DNA of 63,572 nt, the filler included, from Octopus bimaculoides (Eukaryota): the NCBI RefSeq assembly GCF_001194135.2. It is 4 parts of 4 records of this genome, joined end to end, with 100 filler letters (N's around TTAATTAATTAA, not from the genome) between each part and the next. Parts side by side here need not be neighbours in the genome. Positions count along the whole stretch, not along the records: positions 29,259 to 59,522 come from NC_068994.1; 3 more parts are not named here. The stretch is one strand, 5' to 3'. Each line of letters begins with the position of its first letter. Position 1 is the first letter of the stretch. The translations under genes and the position numbers were made by a program. A model generated the notes under the pieces. That model was not told the origin of the DNA and did no database searches. It saw only the letters and a list, made by a program, of their open reading frames with translations. Shown here one piece after another: positions 34,243-48,240 of the stretch.

Positions 34243-35421
34243 CATATGTGTGTGTGTATGCGTATACAAACATGACTGGTCACACACTTATGTATACATA
34301 CATATTTTCATATTCATATAAGCGTGTGTGTGTGTGTGTTTGTGCTACGTGATTGCTTGCTGGAGTCTGTGTTTCTGTCTTAGTGTGTGTGTGTGTGTGT
34401 TTGTAAGTATATTAAATAAAGCAACAACATAAGAAGAAAAATAAAAAACAGAAAAAAAAAACATCAAAGTGAATTATGGAAGGCAAGAATGACAAGCGAA
34501 GAAAAATGTGAGAACAATGAAGATACACAATGAATAAAAGACTTACTGTAGATAATAATCGCTGGTCTAATGCAAGAATGAAGAACTACACCTCCCCAAA
34601 CACACACACACACACACACACATGCGCGCGTGCGTGCGTATGTGTCTGGTCTTTCTCTAATCATCATCTCAATGTTCTTACTGATAACTGTGTAGCCTTT
34701 CTTTATTTTAAGGTGGTACGTTGTGGTGTAATGCCTGTCTGGTGATGGTTGTTGTTGTTGGTGGTGGTGGTCGTCGTGAGGGTGCATTGTGTGTGTGTGT
34801 GTGTGTGGTGGGGGTTTGCGTATGTAAGTAAAAATAAAGTAGTGACTGGCAGCCATTTGGGATTGTCAAGTAATCAATCAACTGGCAAATAGAAGACGCA
34901 TAGATCAATATTAAGATATTGAAAGAAGAAGAAGGAAAACAAAGACGCACCCAACTTCCCCCCACACACCCCTAACAAACAACAAAAATAAAACACACAC
35001 ACACACACACACATGGAAAAATGAAGAAATATAGAAAAGAAAAATAGTAAAAGCGAAGTAAGTATACAAACAGTGAAACCAACAATCACGAGGAAACGTT
35101 GTGGTGGTGGTGGGGGGAGGGTGCTAGTGGTGACGGAGGTGGTGATGGTAGAGGTGGTGGTGGTGATGATGATGGTGTACAGAATGTGTTGATGACGAAA
35201 AGCATTTATGTCAAGGAAAATAATAATCGTCACGTGTGTGTGTGTGTGTAAATGGATATATATANNNNNNNNNNNNNNNNNNNNNNNNNNNNNNNNNNNN
35301 NNNNNNNNNNNNNNNNNNNNNNNNNNNNNNNNNNNNNNNNNNNNNCATATATGTGTACATCTCTCTGTCGCCCACTCTCTCTCCCCCTTCTCACCCCTAT
35401 TTCTCTATATATATGTACGTA

Positions 35422-35468
<47 letters not shown>

Positions 35469-35645
35469 CTATATATATATGTATATATATATATATATAT
35501 GCTTATAAAGCTTTGTGCGAAAATGTAACAAAGAAAATAAGACATTAGCATACACCTACCTATATACATATATAAATATACACATGTATGTGTGTTAGTG
35601 AAGAGAGACATAAACATATACGTCTATATAGTCACATTCATCCTA

Positions 35646-35686
<41 letters not shown>

Positions 35687-35698
35687 NNNNNNNNNNNN

Positions 35699-35758
<60 letters not shown>

Positions 35759-36650
35759 GGGTAATGGGTGTATATATATGTATGTATTTCTGATCATACA
35801 CCTCCTGCTCACACACACGTACATATGAGATACATAGCTTAGCAAAATAATAAGTCAAGATAAATAAACGATAAGCGAAAGACTTGAAACTAAAAACATG
35901 TTCTTTGATAAATATTTGAAGAACACACAGTAAATATGATATATTGGAATCGACTGATATTATGGCGAAAAAGGGAAATATGATGTCTGATGCTTTTTTG
36001 TTCTTGGAATTCAGAATTTTTCTATGACATTTATCGATACGCTTTTTACAAATTTCGGTGTTCCGCTCCAATAGAATAGAAACACTTTAAGATGAATTAG
36101 ATACGGAAATAGTACGTGGTTTTCCGATTGGCAAGAATTAGCAGCTAAATATCCTTCAGATTACACACTTTATAATTTTAAGATACAATGGATGTAAAAG
36201 GGATATGTAAACACGGAGAGAACCTTTACAAATGGGACGCTATTGTTCAATTTTAAAGTGACACTTTATAATTCTAGCAATACCCATGCTTGGAGTTGAT
36301 GTGTTAGTTTCTACGCAGTCGTTTGAGCGTTACTAGAAATAAGAGACAATTCTCCCTCAGTTTACATACTTAGTGATATGAAAATAAAATGGAAAATGTA
36401 GACGGATCTAAAAGTACGGAAGAGATCGTTATTGCTGGGGCGCCATTTTTCTACCTTGACACGATACTCATTAACTTTAGCTACGGCAACACCCGTGATT
36501 GGATGTCACGTGGTAGAGTTTATCCCGACGCGAAATCCTTTTTCCAACGAGAGTTCCGGACCCCAGTAGTGAACTCATTAGCATACAGCTAATCAGAGCA
36601 GAGCCACTTTTATCCTTACTTCCTTCGTAGTCAGCACCTTTCATTCCTTA

Positions 36651-37591
36651 CTCTTTCCATCTCTACTGGCAGACAGTAAATTATCCGTCCTATAACTACT
36701 TGTCTAACTAATACACTTGTCCAAACTGAATTGCTGGAGTTATTTCATTTTTTTTTTCTAGAAAAATGTTTTTAAAAAGTTATAGAAGTTTGAAGTCTAA
36801 TCATTTTCACGTCGTCAGGAAACAGGATTTGGATGCTGTCATTTTGTGCGTGACAAAATAGCACATACTGTCGATATTTGTAAACAACACATGTTATGTC
36901 TCCGGTAATTTTCTTTCATGTAAATAAATGTTTATGTTAATTTAAAAGAGAAAAACATGAATGTGTCTTACGATTGACTAAAATTACCCAAATTTTCAAA
37001 CTTTAATTACTAATAACTATTTATTGATTTATAGCGAAAATTACATTCTCTTCATTAATTAGCCTATAAAAGTGTATCATTACGCTGAATATGAAATCAA
37101 TTCGAACAGAAAATTCTGTCAACCAAACAGAAAAGATCCAAAAAAAAAAAAAAAAAAAAGAAAGAAAAAACTCACGAAAATGTGTGAGTATTAAAAAATT
37201 TCACTGAGTACTATTATATTATTAGCAGTAAATAATAGATCTATTTATTATAAAAATTCACGGAACACATAAGAAATGTTGACGACAAAATGTGCAATCA
37301 CGCACAAAATGCCAGCTTCCGAATCCTGTTTTCTGACTGGGTGAAAATGATCAAACTTTAAACCTCTATTTTAAAAACATTTTAAAAACATTTTTCTGGA
37401 AAAAAAAAAAATGAAATAACTCCAGCAGTTCTGTTTGAGCAAATGTATTGTGCCAACGTCGGAATAACCAGTGAACATCGAAGGATGAAACACCACGAAG
37501 GAAGAAATATTATTTACATATATTTATCCGTTTGCCCGACAGGTAGTTAGACGACAGAGAATTTGCTGTCTGCCAGTAGAGAGTGAAAGAG
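36651..37591. mobile_element. piggyBac-like MITE with long TIRs
   Basis: CTCTTTCCATCTCTACTGGCAGACAG / CTGTCTGCCAGTAGAGAGTGAAAGAG; arms continue for ~250 bp; right flank TTAA, left flank CTTA. Confidence 0.7.
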
Positions 37592-37939
37592 TTAAAAACA
37601 GAAGCAATTAATTTAATCGATTTTGGAATACGACGGAGATCCTTCAAATGCCAGATATATTTCATACAAAGACAACGAATGAAACGTTGTAAAGGTATTC
37701 TAACCTAATTAAACAATTTCACTGGCGATAAGCTGTTGCAACAATAGAGATTTGTGAACAAAGGTTTGAGCTGCGGGCTGGAGTTTTCAATACAAGTGTC
37801 AGATAAAACGTTGCCTGTATTTCCGGGTTGTTTCTGAATAGATTTAATGCAAAACAAAGATTATTTTCTTAGCAGCAAACATTTAACTCCAATTTTTTGC
37901 CTTCAGTGTTGGATTATGATGTATCAGGCACTTTCATGA

Positions 37940-37973
<34 letters not shown>

Positions 37974-38054
37974 GTGCGCACACCGCTCACAAACCCACAC
38001 ATAAAGTAACACACGCAAATTCACCTACGCATACACATAAAGGGGCAGCGTCAG

Positions 38055-38510
38055 AAACATGCATACTTACACACATACTTACACACACACGCACTCAAAC
38101 CTTCATATATACACACACACATACGTACACACACATACACACACACATACGCACTCATACCTGCATACACATACATACACACATACACACTCATACATGC
38201 ATACATACATACATACATACATACATACACACACACATACATACACAGTCACGCACACATAATATATATATACACACATACATACACATATACATACACA
38301 CGCACTCATACATTCACACATACACACACATACATACACACATACATTCATACACACACATCCACACACATACATACACACACACACACTCACGCGCACT
38401 CATATATACACACATACATACACATACACTCCCGCACGCATACATACATTCGTACACACACACACATACATACGCACATACACGCATACATATACACACA
38501 CACGCACACT
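38055..38510. repeat. Complex (CA/CATA)n microsatellite
   Basis: Direct reading. Confidence 0.9.
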
Positions 38511-38514
38511 TATG

Positions 38515-38675
38515 GCCTGGTTTTCCGTCGGTTATGACGACGTGCGCTCCAGTTGATCCAATCAACGAAATAGCCTGCTCGTGAAATTAGCCTGAAAGTG
38601 GTTGAGCACTTTACAGACACACGTGCTCTTAACGTAGTTCTCAGGGAGATTCCGCCTGATACAGAGTGTGACGAA
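38515..38675 (-). mobile_element. SINE family C 3' fragment
   Basis: CCGTCGGTTATGACGACG...GCCTGCTCGTGAAATT...GTAGTTCTCAGGGAGATTC. Confidence 0.8.
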
Positions 38676-39057
38676 AATCTGAACATAAAGGCGGACGGAA
38701 TGGCGCTAAGCATTTTCTATGACGCATTAACTATTCTACTACCTCGGCTCCTTGATAATAATAGTTAACTATTTAATTAATTAATTAATCAATTGGAATC
38801 GGCTCTCTCTTTACACAATACTCCAGGTTTGAACACAGGGACTAAAAGTCACACACACACACACACAAAACTGTTCATTTATAAACGATTGGCAAATTCT
38901 ATATTCCAATCTTAACTTCGCTTCTTTAATATTTAGTCAGTCTTGTTTAGTTCTTCTCCAAATTCTTCTTGCTTTGTATATTTTTCACCTTCATCTATAG
39001 AAGACATAACGCTTGTACTATTAGTGAACATATATTCTCATGCAATAACATAAATAC

Positions 39058-39107
<50 letters not shown>

Positions 39108-39525
39108 NNNNNNNNNNNNNNNNNNNNNNNNNNNNNNNNNNNNNNNNNNNNNNNNNNNNNNNNNNNNNNNNNNNNNNNNNNNNNNNNNNNNNNNNNNNNN
39201 NNNNNNNNNNNNNNNNNNNNNNNNNNNNNNNNNNNNNNNNNNNNNNNNNNNNNNNNNNNNNNNNNNNNNNNNNNNNNNNNNNNNNNNNNNNNNNNNNNNN
39301 NNNNNNNNNNNNNNNNNNNNNNNNNNNNNNNNNNNNNNNNNNNNNNNNNNNNNNNNNNNNNNNNNNNNNNNNNNNNNNNNNNNNNNNNNNNNNNNNNNNN
39401 NNNNNNNNNNNNNNNNNNNNNNNNNNNNNNNNNNNNNNNNNNNNNNNNNNNNNNNNNNNNNNNNNNNNNNNNNNNNNNNNNNNNNNNNNNNNNNNNNNNN
39501 NNNNNNNNNNNNNNNNNNNNNNNNN

Positions 39526-39561
<36 letters not shown>

Positions 39562-39967
39562 CATAGATAAACATATATATGTATATAAGTATCTATATAT
39601 GTATATACACGCACATACATATATGTGTGTGTGTGTGATTAAACTATAGTATATGTGTATATATACGCCGTCATGTGACGTATGAGTAGATAGATATAGA
39701 ATTTAGATAAAAGACTGCTGTTCAAACAAAACATGTAGTTAAATATACCAAAGTTCCATTTCAAAGGAGACAATAAGAAAACGGCAGAAGGAATATAAGA
39801 AAGAAAAAAAAAACAAAAGAAAAAGGGAGAAAAAAAAGGAATTATTGAAATTATTGAGGAAATCGATTCAATATTTTTCTGAATGAAGTCTTCTGATGCT
39901 ATGTGTAAGATACGCAGATATACATGCACACATACATACATAGGTATATACAAACTTACATATATCC

Positions 39968-40025
<58 letters not shown>

Positions 40026-41104
40026 GACTGTCTGTCCGTCCATCGGTTTTTTCTAGATAAATGGATGGATAAATAGATAGATAAATAGGTAGGTAGGTAG
40101 ATAGATAAATATAGATAGATAGGTAGATAAAAAGACAGATAGCTTGATATATATATGTACATATATATATATATATGTATATATANNNNNNNNNNNNNNN
40201 NNNNNNNNNNNNNNNNNNNNNNNNNNNNNNNNNNNNNNNNNNNNNNNNNNNNNNNNNNNNNNNNNNNNNNNNNNNNNNNNNNNNNNNNNNNNNNNNNNNN
40301 NNNNNNNNNNNNNNNNNNNNNNNNNNNNNNNNNNNNNNNNNNNNNNNNNNNNNNNNNNNNNNNNNNNNNNNNNNNNNNNNNNNNNNNNNNNNNNNNNNNN
40401 NNNNNNNNNNNNNNNNNNNNNNNNNNNNNNNNNNNNNNNNNNNNNNNNNNNNNNNNNNNNNNNNNNNNNNNNNNNNNNNNNNNNNNNNNNNNNNNNNNNN
40501 NNNNNNNNNNNNNNNNNNNNNNNNNNNNNNNNNNNNNNNNNNNNNNNNNNNNNNNNNNNNNNNNNNNNNNNNNNNNNNNNNNNNNNNNNNNNNNNNNNNN
40601 NNNNNNNNNNNNNNNNNNNNNNNNNNNNNNNNNNNNNNNNNNNNNNNNNTGTGTGTGTGTGTGTGTGTGTGTTCCTGTGCACGCTTGTACATATGTATGT
40701 ATGTATGTATGTATTCATGTACATCGTCGTATGTATAAACAGGATATTGTTTTTCTGCGTTTCTAGTTGCGTTCTACCTGGAATATTTTTCTTTCAGAAA
40801 TAAGTGAAAGAGAAATAAAAATACAATATTCTTTTTCTCCTTCTGGTTTCTCTTTACCATATTATTATTATTATTATTATCATTATTATTATTATTATTA
40901 TTAATTATTTTTGTGATCTTTGCATTTCCGCCAGAATATAAAACTTCTCAATTGAAAGTTAGACCGAAGATCAGAACACTTCCTTCATGTCTTGTAGATA
41001 GATCTACATAGATTACAGAGCTTTAGATAAAACCTTTTTTGCTTTTAGGTTCACAGACAAATTGATTTCATTTACAGAAGGAAGAATAAACATTTTTCTT
41101 TCTC

Positions 41105-41156
<52 letters not shown>

Positions 41157-41747
41157 TCGTTCGTTCGTTCTTTGTCGTTTCATTTATTTCTTTATTACTT
41201 TTTGTTCTTCCTAAGTTACTCCAGGCTGTAAAGGAAATATGAAAATAGTTTTGGAAACAATAACGGCGTTCACCAACATCTACTACTACTACTACTGCCG
41301 CTACTGCTGTTGTTGCTGCAGCTGCTGATACCACCGCTGCTGCTGTTGCTGTTGCTGTTGCTGCTATATCATTATTATTATCATTATTATTATAGAAAGT
41401 TGCGAAAATGGCACGAGTAGATGGTACCTCTGTAAGTGTAGACCTGTGAGTCGGAGAGAAGGAATTGGAGAGGGCACTTGTTCCAAGGGTTTCAGGGAAA
41501 TCTGACAGTAGGGGTTCCTCGATTATCTCTGGAGGCCTTCCTGTATCTGGAGGGCCACATCTCTATCATCCTCCCCGCCATTTTTTTTTACCTATGTATG
41601 TTGCGCATATCTCCCTTCTTTTCCATTTGATTATTATATCTAAACCCCCAGACTTTATGTCTGTCTCTGTATTGTTCCCCTCATTCTTGGGCCTTGTAGC
41701 AAATAAATGAAATCATCATCACCATTCTTTTTCTTCTTCTTCTTCTT

Positions 41748-41834
<87 letters not shown>

Positions 41835-42267
41835 GAATTGAAAGAACACCGTTCACCACCTTTCAATATTAGCTTAGCAAGGCAACTGTTCGAGAATACA
41901 AACAGACAGACAGACAGACAGGCATACAGACAAGCATCAGACAGACAGACAGGCAGGCAGGCAGACAGACAGACAGACAGACTGACAGACAGACAGAGGT
42001 ACCCACGAATGGAACGCGTTTGTCATCAACTGTCTTATTTGGGGATTTTCAGTTATGTATGACTTGCAAAGAAGAAAAGCTCCTTTTTTTTACATTTGTG
42101 ACTTGATTTCGTGTCACAAATATGAATGCTGCCCTCTTGCACATGAACATCTGTTCGACATTGTTCTGATTTGCCTGATTCAATAACGACGGTCCTGGTT
42201 CATTTTAGACATTACTTTGACTATGGCAGCTTTCAAAGAATCTTTGGTGTTATGGCCGTGTTCATTG

Positions 42268-42318
<51 letters not shown>

Positions 42319-42339
42319 TCTCTCTCTCTCTCTCAACAA

Positions 42340-43260
42340 CATTCCACATGTAATAGTCAAATGGATTGAAATCTGGGGAATTAGGAGGCCAAATGTTAGG
42401 GGCTATGTGATCATGAAAATTTTCAGCTGTCCATTCCTGTGTTACTAGAACCACGTGTGATAGTACAGAGTCTTACTGAAACACATATGACCTTCCATTG
42501 CATACACTGTCTATCCAGGGCTTAACAATTATTTCCAGGACCTCAATGTAGGCGGCAGAGTTAACTCTAAGGCCTTGTGGAAAGAAATAAGTAGGCATCA
42601 CATGTCCTTCATTGCTGACAACCCATAAAACCATGACAGTTTCAGGAAATTTTGTATGCATAACACTTGGAATTTCAGAAGGGTCTGCACATAACTATCT
42701 GTCATTTCTTCTGTTGAGTTTTTGATCTTGGTCGAAGTTTTTCTCGTTTCAGAAAACCAAATCAAATCTTCTGCTGGATATTTCAGTTTGTTTAAAAGCC
42801 TTTTAGATCTGATGTAGTAGTTTTCTTTTGCTTTTTCAGACAACTGGCCTTCGTGGACAACATTTCTGACTGTTCCTTCTGACACATGGAGATCTTTCGC
42901 AATTGACCCCATGCACTTTCTCAGATTGTAATCAATGGTCTGTTGATTTGCTGGATAGGTTCAGGTGTTCTGATTATTTCAGAGCGTTTAGAATGTTTTT
43001 TATGCTTCGATACTGGTGATACATTTCCATCTTCAGTCTCTAGCTTCTTTCATACTTTGTAGACGAAAGATCTGGTAACTTTTAAAAATCGAGATATTTC
43101 TAAATCGCTCTGCTCAGCCCTTATAACCACAACAACAGTATGTCTCTTCATTTCTTGGGTAAGCTGGGAGTCTGTCATTATTATTTTCTGAGGGTCGGTC
43201 ATTATTATACAGTTAGCAAAACATGCAGCAATGACCCCAAAGAGGAATGTCCTCAAATAC
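42340..43260 (-). mobile_element. Tc1/mariner-superfamily transposase relic, DD37D (maT)-like
   Basis: VMVLWVVSNEGHVMPTYFFPQGLRVNSAAYIEVLEIIVKPWI, WPPNSPDFNPFDYYMW; frameshifted; subfamily call is by motif style only. Confidence 0.8.
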
Positions 43261-43344
43261 CTTACGCACCCTTTACATTATGTATATCCTTGTATGCTTG
43301 TGTGTATGGATGTATGTATGTGTGTATGTATGTATGTATGTAGT

Positions 43345-43387
<43 letters not shown>

Positions 43388-43739
43388 GTGTGTGTGTTTT
43401 GTATTTGATGTGGATATCAACGGTAGTGGTTAGATAGGGGCCGTGACGATTGAGACGTTTGAACGCCAGTCTCCAATGCCTGCCAGTCTTTCTCTTCTCT
43501 TCATGTTTTTGCCTTCATGTTTTCTCCGTGCATCTCCCGTCGCCTTCCATTCCGGCTTTCATCTTTCCCAGGTCGCTAAGACAAGTTTCCATCGTTGCAT
43601 TCTGATCTCTGGTTGAATGGCCTGAATCCTTTCTCTTCAAAGACATGGACTTGTGTCAAATCGGAGGAATCATGATTCAGTTAACTTCGGTTCTACTTTG
43701 GTTTACTAAAATAAAAAAAACGTTGGTTTACGCAAAAGC

Positions 43740-44895
43740 TGCTGCTATTGCTGGTGCTGCTGCAACTACTGCTGTTGCTGCTGCTGTTGCTGCTGCTGTT
43801 ATTGTTGTCGATGCTGATGCTGATGCCACGGCCGCGCGGACTACTGTTGCTGCTGTTACAATTACTGCTGCGGTTGTTGCTTTACCTGTTGCTGCAGACG
43901 CTGTCTATTACTGCTGCTGTCGGTGTGTTTGTTGCTGCTTCGGATGCCGAAGATGTTATCTCTGTTACTACTACTACTGCTGTTGCTGGTGCTGTTGTTG
44001 GTGCTGTTACTGCCTGTTGTTACTGCATCCGTTGCTGCTGCTGTTAGTACTGTTGTTGTTCTTCTTATTACTGCTGCTGTTGCTGCGGCTTCTGTTGTGA
44101 GTGACGCCGATTCAATCACTGCTGCTGCTGTATTCGCCAAAGTTTTGCTGCCGCCGCTGCTTCTGTTGTTGATATTACCTCTATTAACGCTGTTGCTGTT
44201 GATGATGGTGCTACTCTTACCGCCATTGCTGCAGCTGTTGCGGCTTCTATTGCTGCTGAGTGAGACTTCCTCTGTTATTTCCGCTGCTGCAACGCCTGAT
44301 ATTGCCGCTGTGCCGCTGCTGTTGCCACTTTTACTGCGGCGATCGCTGCAGTAGGTGTTGCTTCTGTTGCTGCGGACGTCACACCTGCTGCTGTGACTGA
44401 TGCTGCTCCAGCTGCTAAGGACGCCACCTCTGCCACCGCTGCTGCTACTACTGCTACTGCTGCTGTAATTGCTGCTTCGGTTGCTAAGGACGCCATCTGT
44501 GTCACCACCACCGCCGCTGCTGCAGTTATTGCTTCAGTGGCTAAGGACACCAGCTGCATTACCGCTGCAGCTGTCGTTGCTGCTTCAGTTGCTAAGGACG
44601 TCACCCGTGTTACTGCGGCCCCTGCTACTGTTGTCGTTGCTAAGGACGCCACCCATGTTACTACCGCCACTGCTGCAAGCTGTAGTTACTGCTTCCGTTG
44701 CTAAGGACGCCACCCATGTTACTTCCGCCGCTGCTAGGGTTGTCGTTGCTGCTTCTCTTGTTTCCGCTTCTGTAGCTAAGGACGTTACCTGTGTTACCAT
44801 CACCGCTGCTGCTGCTGATGTCCTTGTCGACGCATCTGTTGCTAAGGACGCCATCTGTGCTACAACCGTCGCTGCTGCTGCTGCTGCTGCTGCTG

Positions 44896-44929
<34 letters not shown>

Positions 44930-45045
44930 ACCAACGCCGCCGCTGCTGCCTCTGCCGCCACGGCCGTTACAGCTGCTGCTGCTGCTGCTGTTGCTGCGGT
45001 TGGTGTGGTTGTTGTGGTTGTTGTGGTTGTTGTGGTTGGTGCCAA
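43740..45045. repeat. GC-rich cryptic trinucleotide tract with 8 GCTAAGGAC anchors (44414-44849)
   Basis: Anchors at 44414, 44483, 44540, 44591, 44639, 44700, 44775, 44841. Confidence 0.85.
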
Positions 45046-45216
45046 TTATTTCCCAGCATCCAATCGCTCCCAAAACATCAAGGCATTTCAAAACAGAAGG
45101 CGTCCTTAGAAGTATATCACGAAAGTGAAAATATATTTTCCATATGAATGGTTTGAAATGTACTTGAAATGCTTTTCGGTTCTCGCAGACTTTTTCATTG
45201 TAATTCCTCACACTTC

Positions 45217-45273
<57 letters not shown>

Positions 45274-45354
45274 TGCTCTTAGTGCTACTGGCGGTGCTAT
45301 TATATCAACGACTCAACCAGAGGGAGAGAACACATCTATCACTGTGCTGCGATA

Positions 45355-45408
<54 letters not shown>

Positions 45409-45552
45409 GTGATGATGATTGTATGTTGAAAGACAAATGTGTGAAAAAGTGGAAAAAAAATTTTTTTCTGTATGAGAAAAAGCTGTGAAATTTTGCACGC
45501 ACGCACGCACAAAAGCAGGCGCACTTACATACATACGTACACATATACAAAA

Positions 45553-45594
<42 letters not shown>

Positions 45595-45609
45595 CCAGTT
45601 TTGGCGTCT

Positions 45610-45800
45610 GCGTTTGTCTCCACCGGTGTTGGTCAGTTAGCAGGTGGGCAAAAGCGAATTGGAGAATGAGTACCAGATTATAAATTATATAAAAAGAAAA
45701 AAACAGTACTATTTGGTACGATTCTTTCGACTAAAAATTCTTTGAGGCGTAGCTTCAGCATGGCCACAGGTCAATGACTGAACCAAGTAAGAGATGATAA
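45610..45800 (+). mobile_element. SINE family A 3' tail, diverged
   Basis: CAGCATGGCCACAGGTCAATGACTGAACCAAGTAAGAG. Confidence 0.7.
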
Positions 45801-45969
45801 AATGAAGTGAATTGATAAAAAATTTGAGATGTTAAAAATCTGTCTTAAATTCTTGGTATTCAAGTTCTTTGTTCGAAATGTGTTTCTCGCATAAGGCCGA
45901 AACGAATATGTCTTTTGGTCTGTGGCTTTTGAGTGGAATATTGCAGACATAGGATATGCAGAAACTGGT

Positions 45970-46008
<39 letters not shown>

Positions 46009-46140
46009 GTGTATGTATGTGCATGCATGCACGTGTGTTTCGCATGTGTGTATGCATGCATGTCCGTGCGTATGTGCGTGTTCGTGTGTACATTGTATGT
46101 GAGCGTCGACGTATATTCGTGCACACATACACACGTATAC

Positions 46141-46182
<42 letters not shown>

Positions 46183-46374
46183 NNNNNNNNNNNNNNNNNN
46201 NNNNNNNNNNNNNNNNNNNNNNNNNNNNNNNNNNNNNNNNNNNNNNNNNNNNNNNNNNNNNNNNNNNNNNNNNNNNNNNNNNNNNNNNNNNNNNNNNNNN
46301 NNNNNNNNNNNNNNNNNNNNNNNNNNNNNNNNNNNNNNNNNNNNNNNNNNNNNNNNNNNNNNNNNNNNNNNNNN

Positions 46375-46462
<88 letters not shown>

Positions 46463-47571
46463 GTATAAGTATATAGGTATATGTATGTATGTATAGATAT
46501 ATATGTATATTCACATGTACATATGTATGTTTATATACGTGTCTGAGTGTACGTATGTATCTGTATATGTGTATGTGCCTGTGTGTTCTCTTTTTTATCT
46601 TATTATGGTTATGTCTATGTTTTTTTTTTGTTTTTGTTTACTAGTGTAAAAGCGAATGCTGCGTGAAAAAAAGAAAGCCATAAAAACAGCGTTTAGACTA
46701 ATATACAGTGATTAAATATGGCACCGTCTGAAATAAATACCAGGGTCGATATAATCTACAATAAATAAATAAATATATAAATATATAAATAAATAAAGAG
46801 AAATTACTTTGAAGACGGTACCATAGTCCAATGACTAAAATCAGTAACTGTAAAATATAAAAAAATATAGAAATATATAACGAATAATATTTTACAGAAC
46901 CACAATTTCCGGCCTGAAAATAAACTATATATTTGGTGAGCCAACGAATGAAGTTTGTACGTGGTTGCTGGTAATATCACCAAAATCTTCCAAAAATCAC
47001 ACGTTAACGCTAAAAAATAGCCAAAACAAAAGTCAAATAAAATGAAAGAAAAAAAAGTACATATTCGATAATGTAGTCTTAGATAGACTTACGCCTTTAA
47101 AATATGATGGCGTGGTCATCGTGGCTGGAAAAATCTTTGATCATATGCCTGGCTGACATCGTCAAACCACAACAAAGAACTATTCCGTCAATATTCTATT
47201 CCTACCGGTCTTTTGAAGGAGCAGAGGTCAGAAATGGAAGCATTGATTTGTGAATTAATTTCTACAAAACCTGTTGTAGTTGTTGTTGTTGTTATCGTCG
47301 TTGTTGTAGTTCCATCAATACTAGAATGGTATCTGGTTCTTTGAACAGGTTATTTGTCTACCATTTCTACTCACAGATCCAACAGACAGCAACCATTTCA
47401 GGTAATTCCGTTGTTCGAACGACTGAACGCTCGTCGTCGTCAAAGAACGCAGATCCATCATTACTTACATACACACACTCATATACATCTATTCTCTCAT
47501 CAATCCATCTATCCACTCATTGATCGACGTTATTTGAGAATAAGACATATAACTGATAGTACTGTTCCATT

Positions 47572-47950
47572 TGTGGAGGTGCAATGGCCCATTGGTTAGG
47601 GCAGCGGACTAGTGGTTGTAGGATCTCGGTTTCGATTCTCTGACCTGATGCTGTGAGTATTTATTGAGCAAAAACACCAAAAGCTCCACGAGGCTCCAGC
47701 AGAAGGTGGTAGCGAACCCTGCCGTACTCTTTCGCCACAGCTTTCTCTCACTCTTTCTTCCCGTTTCTGTTGTGCCTGTAATTCAAAGAGCCAGTCATGT
47801 CACACTCTGTGTCACGCTGAATCTCCCCGAGAACTATGTTAAGAGTACACGTATCTGTGGAGTACTCAGAAACTTGTACGTTAATTTCACGAGTAGGCTG
47901 CTCCGTTGATAGGATCAACTGGAACCCTCGTCGTCGTAACCGACGGAGCA
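47572..47950 (+). mobile_element. tRNA-derived SINE family C, full length
   Basis: Head GTGGAGGTGCAATGGCCCATTGGTTAGGGCAGCGGAC...GGTTTCGATTC, body matching the other C copies. Confidence 0.88.
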
Positions 47951-48074
47951 CCACGACAGCTCCACTTTTTTTTATATACATTATGTTATACACGCCGGAT
48001 TTTAATCTAAGCTTGTTTCAAGTACGTTTATTTATCCCTTAGCATTCAGATTAATTTATCAAATGCAATGCTTA

Positions 48075-48240
48075 TTTATTCGTCCGTCTTTACGTTCTGA
48101 GTTCAAATTCCGCCGAGGTTGACTTTGCCTTTCATCGTTCCTGAGTTGATCGATAAAATAAATACCAGATGGACACCGAGGTCGATGTAATCGACTCACC
48201 CCTCTTCCAAAATTGCTGGCATTGTGCCAACATTAGAAAC
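48075..48240 (+). mobile_element. SINE family B
   Basis: TTTACGTTCTGAGTTCAAATTCCGCCGAGGTTGACTTTGCCTTTCATC. Confidence 0.85.

Noticed and set aside
41465-41710. 81-aa non-repetitive ORF ending near AATAAA
   Set aside because: TTG start, no recognisable domain, no second copy; cannot be supported as a gene or LTR
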